26,576 nucleotides of DNA from Clostridia bacterium (GCA_045539675.1 JAZQFU010000167.1:1-26576), one strand, 5' to 3'; numbered from the stretch's first letter, positions 1-8,211 are shown. The notes: generated by a model not told the origin, from the letters alone. Translations and numbers: made by a program.

Positions 1-133
1 ATCATCACGCATCTGCGTGCATCAAACTTCTCTTTCGCAATGATGATATACAACGGTTAACACCGTTGATAATATGCAATTCCTTCGGAATTGATTATAT
101 ACACGCCTTCGGCGTGATTTGTGTAAGCGGCAG
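1..133. repeat. Partial copy of the hairpin-array element (cut by the window edge); direct repeat of 287-419
   Basis: 1-133 aligns without gaps to 287-419 (offset 286) with 4 mismatches (positions 12, 14, 29, 30). It contains hairpins CACGC/GCGTG (6-19), CAACGGT/ACCGTTG (51-68), CAATTCC/GGAATTG (77-93) and CACGCC/GGCGTG (102-116). Confidence 0.95.
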
Positions 134-213
134 ACTTCACAAATATCTTTTATATTTGACGGAATGAAACATACATTAGGAGCATTAAGTCGCTTGTACT
201 AATGAAATCAAAC

Positions 214-419
214 CGACAAGCCAGGACTTGTCGATTTTTTATCCATTGCGAAAGCAATGGTATATCATCAGTCTGCAGGACTGTATATCATCACGCAACA
301 GCGTGCATCAAACTCATCTTTCGCAATGATGATATACAACGGTTAACACCGTTGATAATATGCAATTCCTTCGGAATTGATTATATACACGCCTTCGGCG
401 TGATTTGTGTAAGCGGCAG
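214..419. repeat. Palindrome-rich repeat element: conserved 12-bp unit alternating with variable hairpin spacers, in two inverted arms (REP/BIME-like, MITE-like or structured ncRNA)
   Basis: Right-arm units: TGATGATATACA 327-338, TGATAATATGCA 353-364, TGATTATATACA 378-389, partial TGATT at 401. Inverted left-arm units: GGTATATCATCA 259-270, TGTATATCATCA 282-293. Every spacer is self-complementary. Extra hairpins at 214-233 and 243-260. The structure is seen directly; the class is not determined. Confidence 0.85.
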
Positions 420-430
420 GATTTATCTTC

Positions 431-461
431 AAAAAACACAAAGAGGCTCAGAACAGCCTCT
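431..461 (-). terminator. Probable intrinsic terminator of the amidohydrolase gene, overlapping its stop codon
   Basis: The minus strand reads AGAGGCT-GTTCTG-AGCCTCT (7-bp stem, 461-442) followed by TTGTGTTTTTT. The TGA stop (450-448) lies inside the hairpin. Confidence 0.6.
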
Positions 462-1254
462 CCGCATTTTTATATTTAATCTTTTCAAGCTCGTCCTCCG
501 TAAGACCTATTGATTCAATGAATTCAAGTGTATCCGAAGGCTTCTCCCAGGGTGAATCGCTTCCGAAAAGAATTTTTTCAGCACCGTGCTTTCTTATTAT
601 ATCAAGGCAAAGCTTTTTCGGAATAAACTCACTTATAAAGGCAGTATCCATAAGAATGGGTGTTCCGCATAAAAGCTCATAAACCTCTTCCCACATCATA
701 AATCCGCCCATATGTGCGGCGATAAGATATTTTCCTTCAAAATGAGAAAGGGCATTCTTAAGCATTTTCGGAGTGCAATGAACGGGAGGAGGAAGACCGA
801 TATCCGCTCCTGCATGAATCAGCACATACATTTCAAGCTCCTCGCATTTTTTTAAAATTTCCACCGACCGCTCCGAATCAATATAAAACTGCTGAAATTC
901 CGGATGGAGCTTTATTCCCTTAAAGCCTCTCTCTTTAAGATTTTCTATTACGGACAAGGCATCCTCCTGCATAGGATGAACGCTTCCGAAGGATATCATT
1001 TTTTCATTTCTTATTCCCTCGGCAAAATCATTGATTGTTCCGCTCTGGGTTACCGTTGTTGCAATGGGCATAACAAAGCTTTTCGAAACTCCGCTTTCGT
1101 CCATTGCCCTTTCAAGCCCCGCAAGGGTGCCGTTATGACAGTTTTTCGGAATATATTTTCCCTGCTGAATCTTTATTATTTCACCCTTAAGCTTTTCCAC
1201 AGTCCTCTCTGCGATTTTATCAGGGAACGCATGGGTATGAATATCTATAAGCAT
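448..1254 (-). CDS. Metal-dependent amidohydrolase family protein (TIM barrel, Amidohydro_2/COG2159-like), 268 aa
   Basis: Motifs IDIHTH (HxH), KLHP, IHAG, AHMGG and GSDSPW. Start moved from the ORF-track 1335 to the ATG at 1254 (MLIDIHTH), which follows AAGGAGG. The upstream extension overlaps the promoter region. Confidence 0.88.
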   Translation of the reverse strand: MLIDIHTHAFPDKIAERTVEKLKGEIIKIQQGKYIPKNCHNGTLAGLERAMDESGVSKSFVMPIATTVTQSGTINDFAEGIRNEKMISFGSVHPMQEDALSVIENLKERGFKGIKLHPEFQQFYIDSERSVEILKKCEELEMYVLIHAGADIGLPPPVHCTPKMLKNALSHFEGKYLIAAHMGGFMMWEEVYELLCGTPILMDTAFISEFIPKKLCLDIIRKHGAEKILFGSDSPWEKPSDTLEFIESIGLTEDELEKIKYKNAERLF

Positions 1255-1306
1255 TTTTCTCGTTCCTCCTTGTTTTACATCCCGGGTTAATATAGCCTTA
1301 AAAGTT

Positions 1307-1335
1307 ATTATATCAATTTTTCCTTTATTTTTCAA
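1307..1335 (-). promoter_or_regulatory. SigA-type promoter for the amidohydrolase
   Basis: Minus strand: TTGAAA (1335-1330), 17-nt spacer, TATAAT (1312-1307), with an extended -10 TG. Confidence 0.7.
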
Positions 1336-1352
1336 TTATTATTTCCTGCTGA

Positions 1353-1381
1353 TTGACAATTTTATTCCGTAATGATAAAAT
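1353..1381 (+). promoter_or_regulatory. SigA-type promoter for the GH3/ABC operon
   Basis: TTGACA (1353-1358), 17-nt spacer, TAAAAT (1376-1381), with an extended -10 TG at 1373-1374. Confidence 0.75.
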
Positions 1382-1411
1382 AAATAATTAACGAAACGGA
1401 GGAACGGCAAA

Positions 1412-3424
1412 ATGATAAAAGAGCTTATAAATAAAATGACACTTGATGAAAAAATCCTTATGCTTACAGGCTTTACGCCAATGGGCACCGAACCGGTTAA
1501 GAGGCTTGGAATTCCCGAAATCATTATGGCAGACGGGCCTCACGGAATACGTTCAAGCCTTAAGGATAACAATACCTCATTTCCCTCCGTAACCGCACTT
1601 GCTTCCACCTGGAATAAGAAGCTTGCATATAAAATGGGAAGCGCAATTGCAGACGAATGTATCAAATGCGGAGTTGACCTGCTTCTTGCTCCCGGAGTCA
1701 ACATTAAAAGACATCTTCAATGCGGAAGAAATTTTGAATATTTCAGCGAAGACCCCTTTATTTCCGGAGCAATGGCAACCGAATACGTAAAGGGCGTTCA
1801 GGATAAGAATATCGGAGTAAGCATCAAGCACTATGCCCTTAACAATCAGGAAAAATTCCGAAATTTCATAAACGTTGAGGTAGACAGACGTACTCTTTTT
1901 GAAATATATTTAAAGCCCTTTGAAACGGTAGTTAAAAACACCTCTCCCGCTTCGGTAATGTGTGCGGAAAATAAGGTTGACGGAATATGGTGCTCCGAAA
2001 ATAAATATCTTCTTAAGGATATACTCAAGGGAAAATGGAATTTCAAGGGCTTCGTTATTTCCGACTGGGGCGCGGTAAAGGATTCCGCAAGAGCATTAAA
2101 ATCGGGAATGGATCTTCAGATGCCCACAAAAACGGATATTATCCACGATATAAAAGCAGGACTTGAAAAGGGCATTATCACGGAGGCGGATATAGATGAG
2201 GCAGTTTCAAGAATTATAGGCATTGCCCTCAAAGAAAAAGCTGCACCCGTTTCTTATGACCGTGAAAAGCAGCATAGAATATCCGGTGAAATAGCAAGGG
2301 AAAGCATAGTTCTTCTTAAAAACGAAAATAACGTATTGCCCATAACTCCCGAAAAATACAAAAAAATCTCCGTATTCGGAGAATTTGCAAAAAATCCTCT
2401 CATTTCCGGTCAGGGAAGCTCAGAGGTCTATACTGCAAAGGAATACATAACCTCTCCCCTTTCCGAGCTTGAAAAGCTTCTGGGAGGCAAGGTAGAAATT
2501 GAATATCACGAATACTATAAAAAGCTTTCTTATCTTGAGAATATGATCTGGACGGGATTTGATAAGTTCAAAGAAAGCGTTGAGGATTCCGACCTTGTTG
2601 TTTTCTTTATCGGCTCAATGGTTTCGGAGGATACCGAGGAATTTGACAGACGTTCCCCCTATTTCAATCCCAACTTTGAATTTTTCATCAACCAGGCAAA
2701 TTCACTCGGCAAAAAAACCGTTGTTGTTATGCAGACAGGCAGCGCGGTAATTTTTGATTACTGGCAGAAGAAAACCGATGCAATTGTTGAAATGTGGCTT
2801 GGAGGCGAAGATGCCGGCGGAGCAATTTCCGATGTGCTTACGGGAAGGGTAAATCCTTCGGGCAAACTTGCAGAAACCTTCCCCTTAACATTAAGAAAAG
2901 ACCTTGAATACCCCGGAGACGGAGTAAAAATCGAATACAACGAAAAGCTTAACGTGGGCTACCGCTACTATGATAAGCATCCCGGGGAGATAAATTTTCC
3001 TTTCGGTCACGGGCTTTCATACACAACCTTTGAATACGGTAATCTCAATTTGAACGTTACCGATGATAAAATAAAAATAAGCCTTACTCTTGAAAACACC
3101 GGTGAATATGACGGTGCAGAGGTTATTCAGATTTATGCAGGCAAAGAGGATTCAGGCTTTACCAGACCCAAAAAAGAGCTTAAAGCCTTTGAAAAGGTTT
3201 TCTTAAGAAAGGGAGAGGCAAAAACCGTTGAAACGGAAATTCCCTTAAAGGAGCTTGCATATTTCAATCCTTCCCTTGATGAATGGATTACCGAACCGGG
3301 AAAATATACAATTTTCGCGGGAGCATCCTCCCGTGATATCCGTCTTTCGGAGCCGGTGACAATAAATAATGAGATTCCCTATACCGTAGATTACGAAACC
3401 GTTGGAGTGGGAATGCTTCAGTAA
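1412..3424 (+). CDS. GH3 beta-glucosidase-like glycosidase (GH3 N + GH3 C + Fn3-like), cytoplasmic, 670 aa
   Basis: Motifs ADGPHG, CGRNFEYFSEDP, IKHYALNNQE, GFVISDWG (nucleophile Asp), NPSGKLAETFP, VGYRYYD and FPFGHGLSYTTFEY, plus a C-terminal Fn3-like RPKKELKAFEKV. GGAGG RBS; no signal peptide. Confidence 0.93.
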   Translation: MIKELINKMTLDEKILMLTGFTPMGTEPVKRLGIPEIIMADGPHGIRSSLKDNNTSFPSVTALASTWNKKLAYKMGSAIADECIKCGVDLLLAPGVNIKRHLQCGRNFEYFSEDPFISGAMATEYVKGVQDKNIGVSIKHYALNNQEKFRNFINVEVDRRTLFEIYLKPFETVVKNTSPASVMCAENKVDGIWCSENKYLLKDILKGKWNFKGFVISDWGAVKDSARALKSGMDLQMPTKTDIIHDIKAGLEKGIITEADIDEAVSRIIGIALKEKAAPVSYDREKQHRISGEIARESIVLLKNENNVLPITPEKYKKISVFGEFAKNPLISGQGSSEVYTAKEYITSPLSELEKLLGGKVEIEYHEYYKKLSYLENMIWTGFDKFKESVEDSDLVVFFIGSMVSEDTEEFDRRSPYFNPNFEFFINQANSLGKKTVVVMQTGSAVIFDYWQKKTDAIVEMWLGGEDAGGAISDVLTGRVNPSGKLAETFPLTLRKDLEYPGDGVKIEYNEKLNVGYRYYDKHPGEINFPFGHGLSYTTFEYGNLNLNVTDDKIKISLTLENTGEYDGAEVIQIYAGKEDSGFTRPKKELKAFEKVFLRKGEAKTVETEIPLKELAYFNPSLDEWITEPGKYTIFAGASSRDIRLSEPVTINNEIPYTVDYETVGVGMLQ

Positions 3425-3439
3425 AAAGGAGGCAATATT

Positions 3440-5161
3440 TTGAAAACCGTGCTTAAATATCTCAGGCCGTTTACCGGAAGAATGTCTGTTCAGCTTGTGA
3501 TTAAAATTCTCGGAACACTTTCCGAGCTTATGCTTCCCTTCATCTTAAGTCACATTCTCACCAATGTTATAGGGAAATCCGTATCCGTTATTATCGGATG
3601 GGGAATTCTGATGATAATTTTTTCCGCACTTGCCTGCATTTTAAACGTTATTGCTAACCGTATGGCGGCAAGAGTTTCTTCGGATTTTGCAGAAAACTTA
3701 AGGAAGGACTTATTCATAAGAACCCTTCGTCTTTCGGCGGCACAGACCGATTATTTTACCATTCCCTCTCTGGAATCAAGAATAACCTCAGATACCTATA
3801 ATGTTCACAGCTTCGTAAATATGGCGCAGAGAATGGGAGTGCGTGCTCCCATAATCGTTCTTGGAGGAATTATAATAACCCTCTTTATGGATACGTATCT
3901 TTCACTTATTATGATTGCCCTTCTGCCCCTTATTTTCACCGTTGTTTACTTCGTTTCGAGAAACGGTGTTCCCCTTTATTCAAAGGTGCAGAAATCGGTG
4001 GATTCAATGGTGCGTGTTGTCCGTGAAGATTCGGTGGGAATAAGAGTAATCAAGGCTCTTTCCCGTTCCGGATATGAGCACAATCGTTACGATAAGGTGA
4101 ACAAAGCTCTTGTTCGCGACGAAATCCGTGCAGGCACGGTTATGAGTATAGTAAATCCACTTATGACCATGTTTATGAATCTGGGAATCGTTGCGGTTAT
4201 CGCATTAAGTGCAAGCCGTGTTGCAGCGGGTCTTTCAAAGCCCGAAACGGTTATTGCCTTTATGCAGTATTTCACTCAGATTTCAATGTCTATGATGTTT
4301 CTTACAAGAATGTTTGTTATGTATACGAAATGTGCGGCTTCTGCGGAGAGAATCAGCGAAATTTTAAACACTCCGGAAGGGATTCTCACTTATTCCGAAA
4401 GGGAATACCCGCCCGAAAAGACTGATGCACACATTCTTTTCAAAAACGTAAGCTTTTCATATAAGGGCAGAAAAAATAATCTTGAAAATATAAGCTTCCG
4501 GATTAAAAAGGGCGGCTCTCTGGGTATTATCGGGGCAACCGGCTCGGGAAAATCAACGGTTATACGCCTTCTTCTCCGCTTTTATGATATTAATTCCGGA
4601 GGAATATATATTAACGGAAGGGATATCCGTACCTTTGAAGAAAAGGAACTATATGAAAAATTCGGCTTTGCCCTTCAGTATGATTTTCTTTTTGCGGATA
4701 CCATTGCGGAAAATATCCGCTTCGGACGGGATATTTCAGACGAAGACCTGAAGGCTGCCGCAAAAATCGCTCAGGCGGATTCCTTCATCTGTGATTCTGA
4801 AGAAGGCTATGAAAGAAAGCTTTCACCCCACGGAACAAATATTTCGGGAGGGCAGAAGCAAAGAGTGTTAATTGCCCGTGCCCTTGCATCAAAGCCCGAA
4901 ATACTAATTCTTGATGACAGCTCTTCCGCACTTGACTATAAAACCGATGCGGCTTTAAGAAGGGCTCTGAAGGAGCAGAAGGCAAATACCACAACCGTTA
5001 CCGTCGCCCAAAGAGTAAGCACCGTCAAGGACTGCGACCTTATTCTTGTTCTTGAAGAGGGAGAGATAATCGGAGCAGGAACTCACGAAGAGCTTTTATC
5101 TTCCTGCGATGTTTATAAAGAAATAAGCGACTCTCAGATGGGAGGTGCCTTCGTTGACTGA
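3440..5161 (+). CDS. Heterodimeric ABC exporter subunit (TMD+NBD) with a degenerate catalytic site, 573 aa
   Basis: TTG start after AAGGAGG. Hydrophobic N-half, Walker A GATGSGKST, signature ISGGQKQR, Walker B ILILDD (D instead of E), and H-switch replaced by Q (TVAQR). This is the TM287/EfrA-type pattern. Confidence 0.93.
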   Translation: MKTVLKYLRPFTGRMSVQLVIKILGTLSELMLPFILSHILTNVIGKSVSVIIGWGILMIIFSALACILNVIANRMAARVSSDFAENLRKDLFIRTLRLSAAQTDYFTIPSLESRITSDTYNVHSFVNMAQRMGVRAPIIVLGGIIITLFMDTYLSLIMIALLPLIFTVVYFVSRNGVPLYSKVQKSVDSMVRVVREDSVGIRVIKALSRSGYEHNRYDKVNKALVRDEIRAGTVMSIVNPLMTMFMNLGIVAVIALSASRVAAGLSKPETVIAFMQYFTQISMSMMFLTRMFVMYTKCAASAERISEILNTPEGILTYSEREYPPEKTDAHILFKNVSFSYKGRKNNLENISFRIKKGGSLGIIGATGSGKSTVIRLLLRFYDINSGGIYINGRDIRTFEEKELYEKFGFALQYDFLFADTIAENIRFGRDISDEDLKAAAKIAQADSFICDSEEGYERKLSPHGTNISGGQKQRVLIARALASKPEILILDDSSSALDYKTDAALRRALKEQKANTTTVTVAQRVSTVKDCDLILVLEEGEIIGAGTHEELLSSCDVYKEISDSQMGGAFVD

Positions 5162-6935
5162 TAGAAAAAGAGATAACAGGGGAATATTTTTAAGGCTTTT
5201 CGGCTATGTTTTAAAATACTGGTATTTATTTATTCCCGCAGTAATATTCACCCTCCTTTCAAATCAGCTTGCACTTCTCGGGCCAAAATATTCGGGAGAG
5301 GCAATTGATGCAATTGTTGCGCCGGGGGGAGTGGATTTCCACGGAGTATATTTAAATGCGGCAATAACCCTGGGCTGCTATATTGCCTCTGCAATTTTAT
5401 CTTATGCCCTTGCAATGCTGATGCTTCGGATAAGCCAGAAAATAGTTTATACTATGAGAAAGCAGCTTTTCGAAAAGCTGACCTCACTTCCCGTTTCTTA
5501 TTTCGATACGCATACAACAGGTGATACAATCAGCCGTATTTCATACGATATTGATACGATAAACAGCTCACTTTCCCATGATCTTGTGCAGGTAATGACC
5601 AGTATATATACGGTTCTTGGTTCGCTTATATTTATGTGGAGCATTTCAAAGCCTCTTATCGGAGTATTTGCAATCACGGTTCCGCTTTCCATTCTTATTA
5701 CCGTTTACCGTTCAAAAAAGGTGCGCCCCTTATTCCGCAAGCGTTCGGGAAAACTGGGCGAGCTTAACGGATATGCGGAGGAAATGCTTTCGGGATGCCG
5801 CACTATTTCCGGATATAACCGTGAGGAAACCATTGCAGACCGTTTTAACAAAAGAAACAAGGATGCCATGGATGCCTATTACAATGCAGATTACTATGCA
5901 GGAACCATGGGCCCCACAATGGGACTTATAAACAATCTTTCCATTTCCCTTATTATGATTCTGGGAGGAATACTTTATATGTATTCTCAGAACGGCACCT
6001 TCCCCGAGGGAACGGTATTTTTCATTACTCTGGGCGGTGTTGCTCAGTTTGTTCAGTATTCGAGAAAATTCGCAGGCCCCATAAACGAGTTTGCAAATAT
6101 TATGAGTGAGCTTCAATCGGCATTTTCCGCGGCGGAAAGAGTTTTCAGAATAATTGATGAAGAGCCGGAGCCGGCAGATACGTTTGATGCAGAAGCACTT
6201 GAGGAAACAGAGGGAAACGTGGAAATAAAAAATGTTACCTTCGGTTATAATCCCGAAAAAATAATACTTAAGGATGTTTCCTTTAACGCTCCCGGCGGAA
6301 AAACCGTTGCAATTGTCGGGCCTACGGGTGCAGGAAAAACAACCATAATAAACCTGCTTATGAGATTCTATGATGCACAAAGCGGAACGGTTACCATTGA
6401 CGGAAAGGAAATCGCATCCTTAACAAGAAACTCCTTAAGAAAGGCATACACAATGGTTCTTCAGGATACATGGCTGTTCAGAGGAACAATTTATGAAAAC
6501 ATTGCCTACGGAAGAGACAATGCGACCGAGGAAGAGGTAAAGGAAGCGGCGAAGGCGGCGAGAATAGACAGCTTTATCGAAAGTCTTCCCGACGGATACA
6601 ATACCGTTATTACCGATGACGGTATTAATATCTCCAAGGGGCAGCGCCAGCTTATAACAATCGCCCGTGCCATTATTTCCGATTCACCCATGCTTATTTT
6701 AGATGAAGCAACCTCAAATGTTGACTCAAGAACCGAAATTAAAATTCAGGAAGCAATGAATGAGCTTATGAAGGGAAAAACCTGCTTTGTTATTGCTCAC
6801 AGACTTTCCACCATTCAGAATGCGGATATGATTATCGTTCTTCAGAACGGTGAAATCACAGAAATGGGCAACCATGAGGAGCTTATGAAAAACAAAGGGT
6901 TTTACAGTACACTTTATAATTCACAGTTTGAGTAA
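5154..6935 (+). CDS. Heterodimeric ABC exporter subunit (TMD+NBD) with the consensus catalytic site, about 593 aa
   Basis: Walker A GPTGAGKTT, degenerate signature ISKGQRQL, Walker B LILDEAT, H-loop IAHRL (TM288/EfrB-type). Start placed at TTG 5154, 6 nt after GGAGGTG and overlapping the upstream stop. The ORF track uses GTG 5145, which lies inside the RBS. Confidence 0.92.
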   Translation: MTDRKRDNRGIFLRLFGYVLKYWYLFIPAVIFTLLSNQLALLGPKYSGEAIDAIVAPGGVDFHGVYLNAAITLGCYIASAILSYALAMLMLRISQKIVYTMRKQLFEKLTSLPVSYFDTHTTGDTISRISYDIDTINSSLSHDLVQVMTSIYTVLGSLIFMWSISKPLIGVFAITVPLSILITVYRSKKVRPLFRKRSGKLGELNGYAEEMLSGCRTISGYNREETIADRFNKRNKDAMDAYYNADYYAGTMGPTMGLINNLSISLIMILGGILYMYSQNGTFPEGTVFFITLGGVAQFVQYSRKFAGPINEFANIMSELQSAFSAAERVFRIIDEEPEPADTFDAEALEETEGNVEIKNVTFGYNPEKIILKDVSFNAPGGKTVAIVGPTGAGKTTIINLLMRFYDAQSGTVTIDGKEIASLTRNSLRKAYTMVLQDTWLFRGTIYENIAYGRDNATEEEVKEAAKAARIDSFIESLPDGYNTVITDDGINISKGQRQLITIARAIISDSPMLILDEATSNVDSRTEIKIQEAMNELMKGKTCFVIAHRLSTIQNADMIIVLQNGEITEMGNHEELMKNKGFYSTLYNSQFE

Positions 6936-6938
6936 TAC

Positions 6939-6976
6939 AAAAGCTGTAAAAAACGCAGGTTTTTTACAGCTTTTTT
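6939..6976. terminator. Bidirectional intrinsic terminator between the convergent operons
   Basis: Perfect 16-bp inverted repeat AAAAGCTGTAAAAAAC (6939-6954) / GTTTTTTACAGCTTTT (6959-6974), 4-nt loop, with A/T tails on both sides. Confidence 0.9.
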
Positions 6977-7020
6977 AGATATTTTCTTATCGGCATTCCT
7001 CTTGATTTTTTACAATCCGT

Positions 7021-8211
7021 TTAATTATTATACATATCGGTTCTTGTCTCGTTCATATATATGTTTTTTCCTACAGAGTTACTTGACACGGATAAGCTTC
7101 TTGTAACAACAGGCTTGTTTATATCAAAGCTTGAGACTGCATATCCTTTTCCTGTTGCTCTGTCCACAACCTCACCGGTTGCCGACACAATGCTTGTTGC
7201 GTGTTCTCTATACGTACAAGCGACCGCAATCGGTGTTTCGGTAAGATATGCCGTTGCTCTTATCTGATATTCGGGATAGCCCATTGTAGGATCAAGCAAA
7301 AGCTGAACTCCTTTTTCACACAGGAGCCGGCTTAATCCCGGATACCACATATCCCAGCAGATTGTAAAACCGATTTTTCCTATTTCCGTATCAAATACGG
7401 GTGCTTCGTCACCGGGAACAAGTCCCATTTCGTGCTCGTTGACTGTCAGATGAGATTTATCATAGGTTCCCACAACCTTACCGCTGCGGTCAATGAGCAC
7501 GGCAGTTGCATAATAATTTTTCTTTTCATCAACCCGATGAATGGAAAAGGCAAGAAAAACCTTATGCTCTTTCGCCTTCTCCTTCATAAGCGTCATTACT
7601 TTTCCGTCCATGGTTATTGCCTTTTCAGCTATCGTTATGCCTTTCACAGGAACAGAGTGAAAATGCTCTCCCAGAAGAATCAGGTCGGGGTGCTCTTTTT
7701 CTGCCACCTGGTCAATGCGCTTTAAAAATTCCGCAACAACCACATCGAAAATCGCCGTGCTTTCAGGATTTGAATATTCAAGCCCCTTTTCCTCGCCAAG
7801 GCAAAGTGCCGCGATTTTTACATTTTTAGCCTCATATTCCCTTTCGTATTTAATGGAAAAATCACCTGCAAACACCTTTGCATTTTTCTTGGTATATATG
7901 ATAATATGCATTTTGACTTTTACGGCACCCTCCGGGCTTAAAGCCTCGTCACCATCCTTTGCATAATACCTCAGAAGCTCTTTATCATTGGTGTCATACC
8001 ACGAAATTATGCACTTGCTTTTTGCCCCTTCAACGCACAGATTTAAATTAATCGTATAATACGCATTTTCATTACATTCCAAAGCTTCGCTGACAAGCTT
8101 TAAATTTGCATAGGTTTCGGGTTTAAGCTCTGCGTAAACGCCGAGGTCTGTTTCTGAAAGCTTTATATTTGATTCTTCGCATATTTTTTTTACATTCCAT
8201 TTATTGCACAT
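7021..8211 (-). CDS. Carbon-nitrogen hydrolase (nitrilase superfamily amidase) with an extra N-terminal beta-sandwich-like domain of about 130 aa
   Basis: Glu-Lys-Cys triad contexts LILLGEH, TYDKSHL and FTICWDMWYP. Start probably ATG 8211 (9 nt after GGGAG) rather than 8220, which abuts the RBS. No signal peptide. Confidence 0.85.
   Translation of the reverse strand: MCNKWNVKKICEESNIKLSETDLGVYAELKPETYANLKLVSEALECNENAYYTINLNLCVEGAKSKCIISWYDTNDKELLRYYAKDGDEALSPEGAVKVKMHIIIYTKKNAKVFAGDFSIKYEREYEAKNVKIAALCLGEEKGLEYSNPESTAIFDVVVAEFLKRIDQVAEKEHPDLILLGEHFHSVPVKGITIAEKAITMDGKVMTLMKEKAKEHKVFLAFSIHRVDEKKNYYATAVLIDRSGKVVGTYDKSHLTVNEHEMGLVPGDEAPVFDTEIGKIGFTICWDMWYPGLSRLLCEKGVQLLLDPTMGYPEYQIRATAYLTETPIAVACTYREHATSIVSATGEVVDRATGKGYAVSSFDINKPVVTRSLSVSSNSVGKNIYMNETRTDMYNN

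Noticed and set aside
134-240. tRNA or known riboswitch in the spacer between the repeat copies
   Set aside because: Hairpins are present, but there is no cloverleaf, T-loop or CCA end and no riboswitch consensus that I can recognise.
259-410. CRISPR array interpretation of the repeat element
   Set aside because: Repeats are only 12 bp and degenerate, spacers are 10-14 nt and palindromic, the arms are inverted, and no cas genes are present.
202-513. 103-aa plus-strand ORF
   Set aside because: It runs through the hairpin array and antisense into the amidohydrolase 3' end. No RBS and no recognisable motif, so most likely a chance ORF.
904-1290. 128-aa antisense ORF, plus the other short ORFs nested in or opposite to long genes (e.g. 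5730-6380, 7432-7966, 10202-10597, 13944-14357, 15907-16308)
   Set aside because: These are shadow ORFs of well-supported CDSs, with no RBS or family motifs.
1255-1335. 27-aa N-terminal extension of the amidohydrolase in the ORF track
   Set aside because: It overlaps the gene's own predicted promoter. The RBS supports ATG 1254.
3440-6935. Degenerate ATPase motifs as a sign of pseudogenisation
   Set aside because: The D-for-E, Q-for-H and altered signature pattern is the normal asymmetric design of heterodimeric ABC exporters.
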